DNA from: Trichoplax adhaerens
Taxonomy: Eukaryota; Animalia; Placozoa
Direction of reading: 5' to 3'
DNA length: 64,000 bases
Assembly: GCF_000150275.1 (NCBI RefSeq)
Contig: NW_002060943.1
Coordinates: 1,890,987 to 1,954,986 of the forward strand
The stretch's first letter is position 1. Every line of letters starts with the position of its first letter. Below, piece after piece: positions 14,079 to 27,715 of the stretch. Both the position numbers and the translations under genes were made by a program. The notes beneath the pieces are model-generated. The model saw only the letters and a list, made by a program, of their open reading frames with translations, was not told where the DNA came from and did not search any database.

Positions 14079-16804
14079 GGAGCTACGATAGCGATTAATA
14101 TGTCACATGAATAGAAACTGTAGATATCCAAGTAATGTTTGTATAATACTAGATACTACAATAGGTTGCTTTTCCTAACTTTTGTTCAATAGCTGGTTGA
14201 ATACGAAAGCAATAACTAAAGAAATAATAATGCTTGGAAAATTGCTATATCGTATTGATAAAATTAATTTCTTAACTATTGGTCATAGATTAGGAAAGAG
14301 AATAGCTTAAGAGTTAACGAAGCACAAGAGCTGTTACATTTCTATAAGATCTCTGTAACTATAAATTAGTTAAATATAAATTAATTGTATTACACAATGA
14401 AATTATGAAGAAGCCAAAAGTTGATAATATTTATACAATTTATACTATTTAATCGTCCGTTATCAAAAGTATATTGCAAAATTTCGAAGGTAAAATTTAT
14501 TAAATTAAAGCTTTCTACAGATAGTCTTTTCTTGATTTTATCATGATTACTCCATTAAAATCTGACTCTATATCCAATATTTCTAATCAAGATCATGCCT
14601 ATACAAGAATTAACGGAAAATATATCGGATAATCATTATCCTAATATAGTTAAGGAATACAATAAATCACAGTTCCTGTAGATTAATGCATGAAATCTGC
14701 GTCTACAATTAAGGAAGATTAAGTTAAGGCATAGTCCACCAAACCTTGTGAAGTACTTAACAATCCATGGTTAAGGGAAATAAAGACCATAATTATTGTA
14801 CTGCAATTAGTCTATTATTACCTGGTTCTTAACATAACATTTTCGAATATAATTAGAGACCTCCAAGCAAGATAAAAAGTAATGTAAAGAACCTGAATTA
14901 ATCCAAATTTAATATTTTGGGTAGGATAAGATATGCAATATTACAATATTGTTGATATTTATGATCTTCAATCGCATTTACTGCCAGTTTTAATCCTTTA
15001 CACGTATATATTTGTAAGTGCCCTAAAAATAATGATATTACTGAAGCCGTATCAAGTAGCTATAGATCTTTATTACATATACGTAATTGATTAAAAAAAT
15101 TTATTACCTACTACTAGGCAACATATCGTATTAAAAGTCAATGATCATACTAGACTATTTTTGCTCTCTCGAGAATACCTTTTCTTTCACTAATTATTAA
15201 AAATTTTCTGAATCCGTGCAGTATTCAAGTAGCCCTAAGGTTTATTAGCTAGAATAGATGATGTCATAGCTGTTCATAAGCCCACTGTATGCTATGATGT
15301 CACGAATAATTATATAATTTATGGCAACATAGTAAAGAAAATTTTTAATTTGATTGTTGTATTCGCTTTTCAATTAATTATTAATTAACTACTAATTAAA
15401 ATCAACAAGGTTATTAAACAGTCCAGTGAATTAATCGACATTGCAAGCTAAAAAAATTACATTGTGTTAATATATCACGGCCATACCTTGTATTAGCCAA
15501 TACTAAATGCCTAATCCATATCAATTGGTAATTATTCTATCTAATATGATTTAATATAAATATATTATTTACTGAAGCTGATTCATAGTGTAATGACATG
15601 TCTAAGCAAGATGAAGATCTGACTATAGTTTTTTCAAAATTGGAATGTGCTGTTGCTATTTGATATTAAGATTGCATCAAAGTAAAATTAATTAAATACC
15701 TATTTATGTGTTAAATCACATATATATGAGAATCTATTTACTAATGCTTACATCATCCCTAGGCAATAAATGATCTAAATAAATGCATTAATCATCTTAT
15801 ACTAGTTATATGCTGTTATCTACTCTGAACAGTCAGGTATTGATCTTTTTAAGCGTGCCATATATTTGATCTAACTACTAATAAAGTTTGAAATCCCCAA
15901 ATTTCGAATACAAATCAATCTATTTCGTATTGCATTTAAATAGATATTTATGATTGAGTTTAGCGGTGTGACACTCTTGCGTATCCTAGTAGGGCAGAAA
16001 CCATGACTTAAATTTTCATAGCCAAACATATCTATTTACTTTATGAGTAATTATCAACACAAAAAATGACTACATCTGACAAATCAAAAGGAAATCTCTT
16101 GCTAAGTGTTAAAACAATCTATTTACTTAGTAAATACCGTGTTTTTAACGCTCTAAAGGATATACAAATAAGTAGAAGCTTATGATTACCTAGATCGAAT
16201 CATAAGCTTTCACAACTTTAATTGGTTAACAGATTTTTAAAATGGTTATAAAATTGTTTCCTCTTTTTATTAAATGATAGAAGTCGCTGATGAAGCAAAG
16301 GATAAATTCCAGTGAATTTCGATACACGACCAGCGCTCTATTACCGAATGAGCGAAGAGCTAATTTTTATTCGAAACCTGAATAGGCTTTCCTAAGTATT
16401 GAATACGCTCAAATAGTAATACAGTACATTCAATACAGCGATTAGAAAGTGCATCAAATTTGCGATAGTAATCAAGAATGTTGATAATTAATAACCGAAA
16501 TTCATGATAATTGATCACAAGTAGCGCGAATACCGCTTTAAAATCTTTTTTTGGTTGATTTTGTAAATATTATATCCATCAAAGGTATCAATTTTGTAAT
16601 TAGATCAGGCTTAGGATTTTTAATAAAATAATATTGCTAAAAATAACTTAATATTAACAAGCAGCCAAATAAGCAGAATTAAAGCGCTGCACCAGTATAA
16701 AATAAATTTTATTTTATTCATTTACTAGCTAATTGCTCTATATCACAGTCATTCATTTTCTTAACACAAGCCATTTCGCTACTAGCTTCCATCAGCATTT
16801 ACCA

Positions 16805-17386
16805 TTATAATATTGTACAAATCCTTTTACGATTTAACTTTGTCTCTTGATCGGGTGGATACAAAACGGCATTAATAGCTTCATCAAAGACCTCTCTTAG
16901 CCCTTTTCGTGTCTTTGCAGAACATTCACAATACGCTACTGCGCCGATCTGGCTAGCTATTCGACGACCTTTGTGAGTCATTACAACTGAATCCTTTTCC
17001 GTCTTTCTCTCTTCATTGATTTCATCCCGTACATCCGTCTTAGTACCCACTAATATAAATGGTACTGAAGGGCAATGCTGAGTAATTTCTCGTAGCCATT
17101 TTTCCGAGGCATTATGTAACGATATTGGATTAGTAACCGAGAAGCAAATCAAGAAAATATTGGTCTGAGGATAGGATAATGGCCGAAGTTGATCGTAATC
17201 TTCTTGTCCAGCTGTATCCCATAATCCTAATGTAATTTGCTTATCATCAACCAGCAAATTTGCAGTATAATTATCAAATACAGTAGGAATATATTCTTCG
17301 GGAAATTTATTGGATGTATATGATATTAATAAAGAGGTCTTGCCAACGGCACCATCGCCCACTATTACACATTTAATTGACTGCAT
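16805..17386 (-). CDS. Divergent Rac-like Rho-family small GTPase, 193 aa, intronless CDS
   Basis: [47 protein letters not shown], basic tail and CAAX (CTIL). A likely 5'UTR intron lies at 17415-17730 (minus-strand GTGAGT...TTCTTTAG). Confidence 0.95.
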   Translation of the reverse strand: MQSIKCVIVGDGAVGKTSLLISYTSNKFPEEYIPTVFDNYTANLLVDDKQITLGLWDTAGQEDYDQLRPLSYPQTNIFLICFSVTNPISLHNASEKWLREITQHCPSVPFILVGTKTDVRDEINEERKTEKDSVVMTHKGRRIASQIGAVAYCECSAKTRKGLREVFDEAINAVLYPPDQETKLNRKRICTIL

Positions 17387-20300
17387 AAATTATCAACGAT
17401 TTTTTTTTAATTGCCTAAAGAATAAATAGTACCATAAAGTAGAGTATGAATATACAAGGTATAATGAGAAAATAGCTCAAAATAAATTTAAAAAATATTA
17501 ATTTACTACAGTAATATCTAATATTAAAGTCCAAATTATTTATAATTAATATTATCTTGATAAAATTTGTAGCTGTATGTCTATAAGGATTAATCTCTCG
17601 CATTGAAGTATATAAAAAACATCTTGCAATAAAATAAGAAAGTTTTTAAAATGGATTGGTAAATTGCCCTTGATAAAGAAAAAATTGAATTTACTACTTT
17701 GTTGTAAAAGTCGTACAAGGAATTACTCACTTTCACAAACTGAAAACTGTTCTACTGGCGAAAAATTATTTACACTACTACTAAATTATATATTCATTTT
17801 ACTATAGAATACAATTATAGTCAAATTTTGGTGACAAATTATATGACGGTGCTATAGAATAAAATACATGTCAAGCAAGTCTTGCAATATGTTATATCTA
17901 ACTTCAAATAAATCAAGGTTACTGCAAACTCTACTATAAGATAATCAAACATACTATTTACAGGAGACATTTCACCATAAAGTAAATTTATTCTATTCAG
18001 TAGTGAATATGCTTTTAATTATTGAAAGTTGAAACTAATAATAAATTCTGAAAGTGTAGATAAAAGCTGAGGAATTTTGGAATTAATTTCACTAGAATTT
18101 TATCACTTCGAGATCATGCTTTAAACAAATTAAATTATGGCAAAATAAATTTTTTTCAATTAATCTGTGTGCTTAGAGTTATATTACTATAGAAAAATGA
18201 ATTAAACTGTGATTAACTCATCCTTTGTAATATGATGACGTTCTATCCTGATTTCTAAATGATCTAAACTTATAGTAACCTATACTATACTTGCCTGGAT
18301 AAATAACAAAATGTTTCGAATGATCCTTTTGATCCTTTTTACTAAACGCAAGAATTTCCTGTGTAATTTTCAGTCGTTTGAATATAATACTCCCCGCTAT
18401 GTAATAGAGTAAATTGGATGAGCGTTGCCTTTTAACTAACAGTAGGTCATAAATATCGATCAATCACATCTACGTCGATAGAGTTCCCGTAAGAAACACC
18501 AGACCCTTTGCAACTCTGTAAATACGTGTATAAATGATGTAACGGTAGATAACGTCCATGAAAATTTATAATTGTCCTTAATGTATAAGCATTGTCGCTA
18601 AATAAAGTAGAGTAATTTTCAAAAATGGCAATGACAAAATCAATGCGAGACAGCTGTACAATATATAGCCAGGATAATAATGATTCATTTTCTATTGCTG
18701 TTATTAAACAGTAATAATACCAAGAGTACAGTATTACGGATCTCTATAAAAGGATAGAGCTAATACCTGACTATTTAAATCAATTATTCCCAACTAGGAT
18801 ACTTATCTAAACACAGTATATTTCCTAGGCGGGATTATATATACTGTATGTCATTATTCTTTCTATTATGGCCATGAATTTTTTTAATATAGGAACTCTA
18901 TAAGCAAAGCACGATCTCTGTACTGTATAAGACTTTCTGATATACTGTACAAACTATATTGATCGAATGTGGTATGATCTAGCATAGCAGTCATTTAAAG
19001 GATATTTTCATTTATTAATGCAACTTTTATATGGAACCGTTATTCCGTAATAGGATCTTGTTAGATTAAGCTAGAGTACTTGTGATGACATTTTATTTGA
19101 TCCATCTTCTCTTAATTATCATTGTCACCATAGCAATTTTGTTAGCTATCTTGAACCAGAAAGTGCAGGATATTCATCATCTACATGTAAGATTAGTCGA
19201 AGACCTAATTTTATACTACTAATACTACTACTACTTTCTTATGCGTATAAAATAATTATAAGAGATAATAGTAGTTACCAACTGGCGATTGATTTCCTAT
19301 AGATTAATTACAGTAGTTCTCCATTATTTTGTCGTATACCTTCAATATTAACGTTATTTTTATTTCAAAGCTAGAAGAAAGATTTCCTCTTTCATTTTCC
19401 TCTCTGCTCTCCTTTCAAAATGAAATAATTAAAGAAATAATCTTGTTGAATCAATTTGATCTTAAGAAATGATAGAAAAATTTTATTAAAGCCTCACAGC
19501 AGAAATTAACCGGAAAAAGGATGTTTATGGCGGAAAGTAGAATTGTTTTACGTTACGACTTTATAAGTGTTACAGGAAATGAAATACCTTTACTATATTT
19601 GATTTTAAATTGCGAAATAATAAAATATTCCTATTTCTTGCATACAAGACCGTAGCTAGCTATAGTATACTCGTATGCCCATTATGCTGTTAAACAGGCA
19701 CAATTGCAAATTAATAGAGATACACCGTTAAGCGTAGCTTTGATTTGAAACGGTCAATTCACAAAGCCTTTTTAACTCAGAACTATGACGGACTGTCATT
19801 ATAACTTGTAAATATGAAATAACTGAAGCTACAGCATGTTCTAGGTATAGCCGATAGATTTGCCTACGATCCGAAAATGTGCAATTTACAATACTTTAAG
19901 TGTACCTATTCACGATATAGTGAGTGAACTATTATGGCTATAGCAGCTGATTTACTCTACCTGGAATGGTGTATGAATGCAACTAGTTATGAATAAAAGC
20001 TCCTTTCTAGCCATCAATACCCTAAGGCATTTAATTCTATAGCTTGATTACGAAAGTCGGTCTTAAGCAGCACTGTTAAACACATCTGTCATATCAGATT
20101 ACAACAAAGGTTTCTTAATGATATCAAGGATATTAATTATCAGATAGTCCAACAGTGGCCTGACCATAATCATTTAACTATAGAACTTTCAGGATAAATT
20201 AAACTTTACGCTTTTCGAGGGGTATCATTTGATAGGATTCCTTATAGAATAATAAGTAAATTAGGATCAACCTCCTATTCAACAATTTTTAATTCTTGAT

Positions 20301-21957
20301 ATACTCTTAATGAGTACCAATGTGTTGTTAATGTCAGCAGTGAATGATATGAATCTATTTACATCTAATCGATTGGATGTAAATGTAACAAAGAATTCCG
20401 TATTGGGCTATTAAGCACGGTAATTGTAATTAGTTTATGCCATATCTCTCAGTTTTGCCATATCGAATATTAATTATAAGAGATCAGCTGTGTAATGATT
20501 ATTGCCTAAAACAAATATAGTTACCTCGTCCATAACGAACACGAAGAACTGAATCATGTAAGCATCAAATACCGTATCCGATTAAATAAAAAGCAGCTAT
20601 CCAAGTTCTAATACTCGCATATCTCCCTATATTGAAATTATTTTACCTCGTAGGTGGCGGATACTGAAAGCGATTGCAGCACTATTCAAAACAAAGTGAA
20701 TCTAATTTAGTATCTACCTATACGTGATGTTCCATTCTAGACCTAGATATCTTATTTCAATATTTCACAATAATAAATCATGGCAGATATTATAATAGTC
20801 CAGTGTATTTGCAAGTAACGAATGAAAGACATAGAATAGTTTGTCACCTTTCCAACATAACTGATTCTCTATATACTTTTATAATACCATAAAGTGGATA
20901 AACTACGGTATTTGTTGCTGCTTACACAAAGATAGGATACGATTTTTGAGGAAAATTTAAAGAAAATAAACAATCTTTATTACTGTTATTATTTGCATCG
21001 ATATTTTAGTTTGTACATCCAACTATCCCATTGCGGTTTCTAATCCTTTTAGCTCAGCGTAATGCTTCTCTAATATAGATTGAGCTCTCATTGTAGATTT
21101 AGTCGATTAATTATTGATGAACTCTTAAAAATTAAAATTATTATTATTAGTGATGATTGATATCTCCCGCTATTCAATCAAATGGTTCAAACGATTATGT
21201 AATACCATGATAATCATTTTTGATTTGATGCTCAGCCCTTTCCGATTTACTATTATGCCTATTAGCGAGAGTATCGCATTATTCGAGTTCTAAGGTTCAA
21301 AACTTAATTACTAAATTATCCGATAGTCTATTATACTTATGAATGATCAGGCTAAATGTTTATGCGCCAATTCACAGTAGCCTTACGTATTACTATTATC
21401 AGCTAGCTCGTCAATATTCTTTGCCGTCTTCTAGTCTAAAGCACTTATGGATAGTCATGCCATCTGCGTATATCCAGAGCAACTTTAGATGTAGCTGCCA
21501 TTAGCCAACTTGCCCATGTTGTTAGTCATATTCATCCTGCAGTATATCGCTAGGCTCTGCCGTCCAATTTATTATACTTGTATGTACAGTATCTTAAAAA
21601 TAATAGAATAAAAATGATGAAAGGCTTGAGATCCAAGTGAACATGTTTACTATGTATACACACTGGATAGAAATTACGTAAACTGCTTACGTTATCCATT
21701 ATTTGATGTTGATGCCGATTACACACTCCAAGGTGTCTTTCACTGGAAATAATTCGTTAACGTGTAGTAGTCAATACTTTGCTTTCAGCTGGCTTGTAAT
21801 AGCTGGATCCATGTAAGAAAAGTAGCTTGTCTATACCATTTTATGCTAATTCTTTGCCATTCTATCCTTGCAGTAGGCTCTGCTAAAATTCATTGAACAA
21901 ACATTAACTAATAATTTTTTTATCGGCAGCGCTGTTTATCTATTTTTAAAAGGCTAA

Positions 21958-22111
21958 TGACTAAATTGAAGTTATCGATAGTAAGTTATAATTATGTTAA
22001 TGAGTACCGGTATACTATAGTATAACAACCGCCAAATCGAGATCTCTCTCCAGCAGATTATATGCTATTGACTAAATTGAAGCTATCGACAGTAAATTAT
22101 AATTATGTTAA
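21958..22111. repeat. 43-bp direct repeat pair
   Basis: TGACTAAATTGAAG(T/C)TATCGA(T/C)AGTAA(G/A)TTATAATTATGTTAA at 21958-22000 and 22069-22111. Confidence 0.85.
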
Positions 22112-22440
22112 CCTTTTAAAAACTCCAGACAAAACATACTGTAAGCACCCCTAGGAAAGATGGATATTCTTAACTGAAATTAGGACTCTATGTAAAAAAT
22201 GAAAGAGAGAGGAAATCAACTTCTCGTTTTCCGTCTGTCATATCTTGATCGTTTCCGTTCATTAAAAAACTCTAGATAAAACATACTGTAAGTACCCCTA
22301 AGAAAGATGGATATTCTTAACTGAAATTAGGACTCAATGTAAAAAATGGACGAGAGAAGAAATCAATTTCTCGTTTTCCGTCTGTCATATTTTGATCGTT
22401 TTTTGTCCATTAATGTCTGGAGTTTTTGAACTCTTAAAGG
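22112..22440. mobile_element. Non-autonomous TIR element (MITE), piggyBac-like ends, internal 147-bp tandem duplication
   Basis: Ends CCTTT...AAAGG. Perfect 14-bp inverted repeat AAAAACTCCAGACA (22118-22131) / TGTCTGGAGTTTTT (22414-22427). Left flank TTAA, right flank TCAT (degenerate). Two ~146-bp internal copies start at 22118 and 22265. Confidence 0.6.
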
Positions 22441-23111
22441 TCATTGACGTTGGATTGTAGCATGAGCGATACAGTACTGTATACTGCGTAGTACTGTATG
22501 AAACATATAATACGTCTAGTGCCATCGTGCTACTTTGACTCTACTGTAGCATACAGTAGCTGCTGGCCTAGTATATGGTAGTGTAGACGACAGCTTTGTT
22601 GTATACTACTGGAGCAGGAGACGGAGTATGGCAATCCGAAAATGTCGCTTCCGGGTTCTTTTGCTTTGCATCTTCAAGTTTTGAATCAATCCTTTTAGTG
22701 GACTGTGCCCAGGTCGTTTACAGGAATAACTGATACTGTATACTGTATAGGTCAGTTAATCCTTACAGCACAATCCGTTACTGGTGGTAGAATTAAAATT
22801 CAAGCTGCTGCACAAATTGTATTAGTGTATCGCCACCATCCTGTCATTAAAGTACTGTAAGCACTGAAAACGAAACAAACAGTTGGAGGACGAAGCATTG
22901 CGCAGCGCTAGATTGACTCTAGCTTAACTTTTTCTTACTCAATCTCAGCTGGCTTCTATTCAGTTTGTTGACTGATAAACTACTGTATACAACCATGCTG
23001 ATTAATTATTAAATAAAACATTGATATCATTTCATAAAGAAAAAGAGTCATGCTCTATGATTCATTGGCAAACAAATACTTTCATTTCAACTTTCCAAGT
23101 GAATACTGGTA

Positions 23112-23153
23112 GTGTACATTAGAGACCCTTAGACAAGGGTCTCTAGTGTACAT
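23112..23153. mobile_element. 26-bp hAT-like remnant (two 11-bp TIRs) flanked by an 8-bp target-site duplication
   Basis: GTGTACAT | TAGAGACCCTT AGAC AAGGGTCTCTA | GTGTACAT. Confidence 0.65.
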
Positions 23154-25225
23154 TTACTTTGTATTAAATACCCTAATAGCCGTAATCATAGTTAAGCCAT
23201 CATAAAATCAACTTCAGTAAGCCTATCATTAATTCTACACGACGCCTACGAGGTTGACAAATTTTCATAGGTGTAGGTAGGATGGTCGGTTGTTGCAAGG
23301 AAAGTGTGTACTACTACAGTAAGACGACTATATACTACACGAGTAAACTGATGATGACTACATTTTTGGACTAGAATAATCACTGTTCTAGATGAGAGTA
23401 GTGTATATTGTTTATAATCTATCGTTTACTCCTCTTGAACAGATTATTTACAATAAATGTAAATATGAGTTATCAAATGGCATATGAAATGATGCTTTAA
23501 AATACGTGGTAACAGTGTTAATGCACAATGTATACGTCGTATTTACATCTGAGAAAAAAGAAACTAGCGCAAGTTGATAATTTAAAAGGACCTGTAGTCA
23601 GTGGATAAGTGCATTAATCAAGAAGATGGTGGACAACGTTGCAGCAAATCTGAGCGTACTTTGCTTGGCGTACATCCGTTGATTTTCGATTCTGCAATGG
23701 CTACAGTTTCGGACCATACAACTAGTAACATGCTAAACGTTTTGAAAGAATATTAGTACATTATACCGTAGATTGATATGCATATGCATCTACAGAATAA
23801 TCTCTTTTGCAAAGATGCTGCAACGGGATGCGAGTACGCTGTGTGCATCCTACTACTATACAGTATACTCTCAATCTAAAATTCATTCTTCTATGAGATT
23901 AAAATAATTTCATTTCTGTCAGTGCTTCTACTAATAACACTGACATTCATATTGGATCGAGAGTATTTTAAATCTTGTAATCTCTTCCAAATCGATGTAA
24001 TTCATCATGGCCTAATTCTTAGCCAATGGATTAACATTCATGAAATACTAGCATCATTGTTTACAAATTGCAATGCTTTCGAGCCTAAGACCATGGGTGA
24101 AAGTGAACTAAGCCAACATAGACTACAATGGTATCATATTGCAACGGAAATAAACATTTTTTTATTTTTACCAGTTGAACTAATGATACAACATCAGCTA
24201 AGTTTAGCTTATATATCACGCTGCGATAAGTAGTCTTGTCGCTGTAAACAGTTGATCCTCTAAACAGGTAGTAAAGTATTAATTAATGACGTTATAAAAT
24301 ATTATTCTCAGTTCCGAGCAAGCCTACGACAGATTCGCCGAATAGAAAGCTCGCCATCTCTATCAACTCACACAATGACTTTAGTTTGAACTAGACAGGA
24401 TAAGGACAACCAGATTGGAAACAGTTATCAGGCGTATTGCACTTTTACTATGTCACACCGTCGGCGATGCCACTGTTAAGAGAGTGATAACAAGAAAATC
24501 GATATATACTTTGGTAGCCGTCTTCAAAAGACCAAAAAGGTTTAGTATCCGATTTAAGGTGAAATCCTCTCAATCTTGTAATGTATGTATATTATAGTAT
24601 TATTATTATTCAAAGATGAGCTGTTAAGAGTGCGTTAAGATCACAACCTAGCTATGACAATCACTGGCTTAATGTAGTTACAAATTACTGAATGAAGATA
24701 TAGTTATTAGTCTACAACAAAAACATAGTGCTAATTAGCTACAATATCCTTCCGTTTGACAATCGTAAGGATGCAGTTACTGTCGAATGAATGCAAACCC
24801 AGTGGAAAACTCACAACGGTTATGATAACTACGTTATACATGATCAAGGTCAAATGTATAAATACAGTAAGGTTTAGCTTTTACCAATAGCAACTTCACA
24901 ATTACAGTATTCAATAGATCTAATTTACAGTAAAACGGTCTATAATATGGTGATACCTGCCAATATTGCCATCGCGTTTTTAAAACAAATGTGGTTATAC
25001 TGTGTCTGTACATTTGAAGCATTAATGTAAATATAAAATTGGACGTGTAAAAATGAAACAAGGTCGATTCTACGCGACCGAGCGATCATGATCATACGCA
25101 CTACAATAGGAGAAATAATAGTTTGTTAGCTAGCACTATCTCAGTAGAGTGTGGTAGCCAGTGTGAATATCGAATCCATGCTTGTTTCGACGACATTGAA
25201 TTAAGGTGGATGTTATACATATTGG

Positions 25226-25819
25226 TTATAGAAGTAGGCAAGGTTTCTTATTTCTATCTTTTTTGGGCTTTGACACGGCAGGCGGACACAGTACAACACG
25301 AATGGCTTCATCGAATACAGCTTTTAACCCTTTCTGCGATAAAGCTGAACATTCTAAATATTTAACCGCATTGATATCTTTGCTCATTTTAAGACCGTCT
25401 GCAAAGGGTATAGGAGCCATATTTTTCTCTTTTAATTTATTGATCGTTTCTCGATCATCGCGAAGATCTAACTTGGTGCCAACCAAAATGAGTGGCGTAT
25501 CCGGGCAGTAATGGGATACTTCTCCGTGCCATTTAGCACGTACATTCTCGAACGATGTCGGACTGACCAAGGAAAAGCAAATCAAAAATACATCGGTTTG
25601 AGGGTAAGACAGTGGTCTTAAGCGATCATAATCTTCCTGGCCAGCAGTATCCCATAGACCTAGCGTTACATACTGGCCATCGACCATCACATTGGCCGAA
25701 TAATTATCAAAGACGGTAGGGATGTACTCGCCAGGAAAGGCGTTGGTAGTGTATGAGATCAATAAGCATGTTTTACCGACAGCACCATCACCAACCACTA
25801 CGCACTTGATATCCCGCAT
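25226..25819 (-). CDS. rac1: Rac1-like Rho-family GTPase, 197 aa from ATG at 25819, intronless CDS
   Basis: Near-identical to Rac1 through [45 protein letters not shown] and [33 protein letters not shown]. Rho insert, polybasic tail and CLLL CAAX present. Confidence 0.97.
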   Translation of the reverse strand: MRDIKCVVVGDGAVGKTCLLISYTTNAFPGEYIPTVFDNYSANVMVDGQYVTLGLWDTAGQEDYDRLRPLSYPQTDVFLICFSLVSPTSFENVRAKWHGEVSHYCPDTPLILVGTKLDLRDDRETINKLKEKNMAPIPFADGLKMSKDINAVKYLECSALSQKGLKAVFDEAIRVVLCPPAVSKPKKDRNKKPCLLL

Positions 25820-27198
25820 ATTGTTGTTGTTATCTTTTCTTTTATTCAATCCAAGATCAATTCTCTAATTTAGAAATAATATCACTACTTACCGGAAATC
25901 CATCATGGCGAGATTGGATCGTATCAGGGGCATAGCATGAATGGAGGTTATATAAAAAAAAAAATTTATTGCATTAATTCAATTCATCATTATGCCGACG
26001 ACTTGCAATGATTCTAACTTATAATTGAGCTGATTGGTAGTAAGTACTGTATAACAACTTTTAGTTTAACATGATAGCGGCGTCAATTTAAATCAATCAA
26101 GGCTAGACACGTCCATCATCCATCCATAGACTACTAAATTGCATTTCACCATTGTCTTTTCTACGATTTAACGCAATGGACGATCGATCTATTATAAGCG
26201 ATCGTCTTGATCCACTGCATGGAACCTGTCTGATACAACTTCTATCAACGTCTACGCTGTTGTAATACTAAATGCGTTTGTATATTGATTGCAGCCCTAT
26301 TATGGCTAGAGACGGCAATGGCAAACTCCAACCATGACGTTGGTTAGCAACAATCAGCGCGCAACATCGACCGATACAGTAGACAAAATGGTACAACTGA
26401 TGACATACACTATTCCATCAGTATAAATCATGCGATCACTGGATCCATGGGTAATTATCCTATCGATCGATCTTACCTAGAATGGTGGATTGCAATAGGA
26501 CTAATGAATTCTAGCTCTAGGTTGATCAATCCTGCTCTTGATCCTGCTCTTGACGATAGCTTGACAGTCTTCAGCCGCTTGGAAAATCAATCTGACCCAA
26601 GTCAAGCTAGCACGCGGAAACGCACAGACTTGACTCGATTGTAATTAATGATTTAGACTGTAACCATCGTTTTACCCGTTAAAAAAGCAAGGCTCGGTCT
26701 CTTTTGTTTTCACCCTTTTGACATGGACACGGTGGAAGCCTAAGAGGGTAAGTACTCATACTGTCGGATAGGCAATAGGCACTGGTAGTAAGATGATTTT
26801 GGGGGCTTGTCCAGTAGTAAGATACTGGAGCCACCAAGGGTGACGAAGGGGGTAACGAGTAGCCCCTCAGGGCGTTGCCGGTTCAGTTCACAGTCAAGGC
26901 GTCGTTGGAGTTTCTTTTGACAATCTGTAACCGGTATCGGTTATCTTGTGTACACTGATTGACTGCTGTCACAAGTACTGTATGCGATAGAATCAACCCT
27001 ATCGTACAGTACCAATGGACGTACTGTACACTGTACACTGTACACTACTGTACTGTACAGTGTACAGTCGTTGGCATTGTTGACTAGTCTCCTCCCTTGA
27101 CTGTAGCCGGCCATCAGTCACTCGCTCAGTCAGTACGTGATGATCAATATCATTCTTATGAAATCAATCACCATTGATTGCGACCTTCCAACAATGAT

Positions 27199-27715
27199 TC
27201 ACGTGATCCTACAGTGCACTACGATACGTACTGTACAAACAGAGTCTCTAGCAAAGAAAGCGATTTTGACCAAGTTAAAAGCCTTCAAAGCCAGGACCGA
27301 TTTTGCCCTTTAATCCAACACATTGTACTACACTGTACAAGACTGGTATGACGGTGCGACTTGTAAAATGGTTTGTGTTACAAACTAGAAAAAAATAGAA
27401 TTATTCAATACTGCCACGAAAAGGAATCAAAATATCAAGAGCCAATGGCTCAAGGTTGTACTAATTTGTCTGCATGGAATTGGAGCCAAATTGAAAGTAC
27501 ATTTATTCAAAATTGAATGGCATGCATTGAGGGCAACGCTGAACATCTTTCAACCATTTTACAGTAGAGGGCTTGCCACGCCCCTGTAATGATTGTACTG
27601 TACACTGTAAAATACTGCACGTCCGTAAATGGAAGCTGACTCATTCTTGAGTCATCACCCCTTGTTTTGTATTAGGATGACTCTACTCGGCGATTATGAT
27701 ACCGGTCGTGACTCA
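27199..27715. promoter_or_regulatory. Candidate cis-regulatory cluster between divergently oriented Rac1 and SLR-1
   Basis: TCACGTGA (27199), CCAAT (~27442), GCCACGCCCC Sp/KLF box (27575), and three AP-1 sites: TGACTCA (27637), TGAGTCA (27648), TGACTCA (27709). Confidence 0.45.

Noticed and set aside
18218-18463. Minus-strand ORF containing LLYYIAGSII, resembling the LxYIAGY motif of P-element/THAP9-type transposases
   Set aside because: Single short motif with no following CxxC or GGL..PS, and adjacent frames show no transposase similarity.
25820-25849. N-terminal extension [10 protein letters not shown] on Rac1 in the ORF track
   Set aside because: It starts at a TTG; the ATG at 25819 matches the canonical Rac start.
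25865-25892. Minus-strand GTAAGT...TTAG pair in the Rac1 5' region
   Set aside because: 28 nt is too short for an intron; a 5'UTR intron from a farther donor is possible but unsupported without transcripts.
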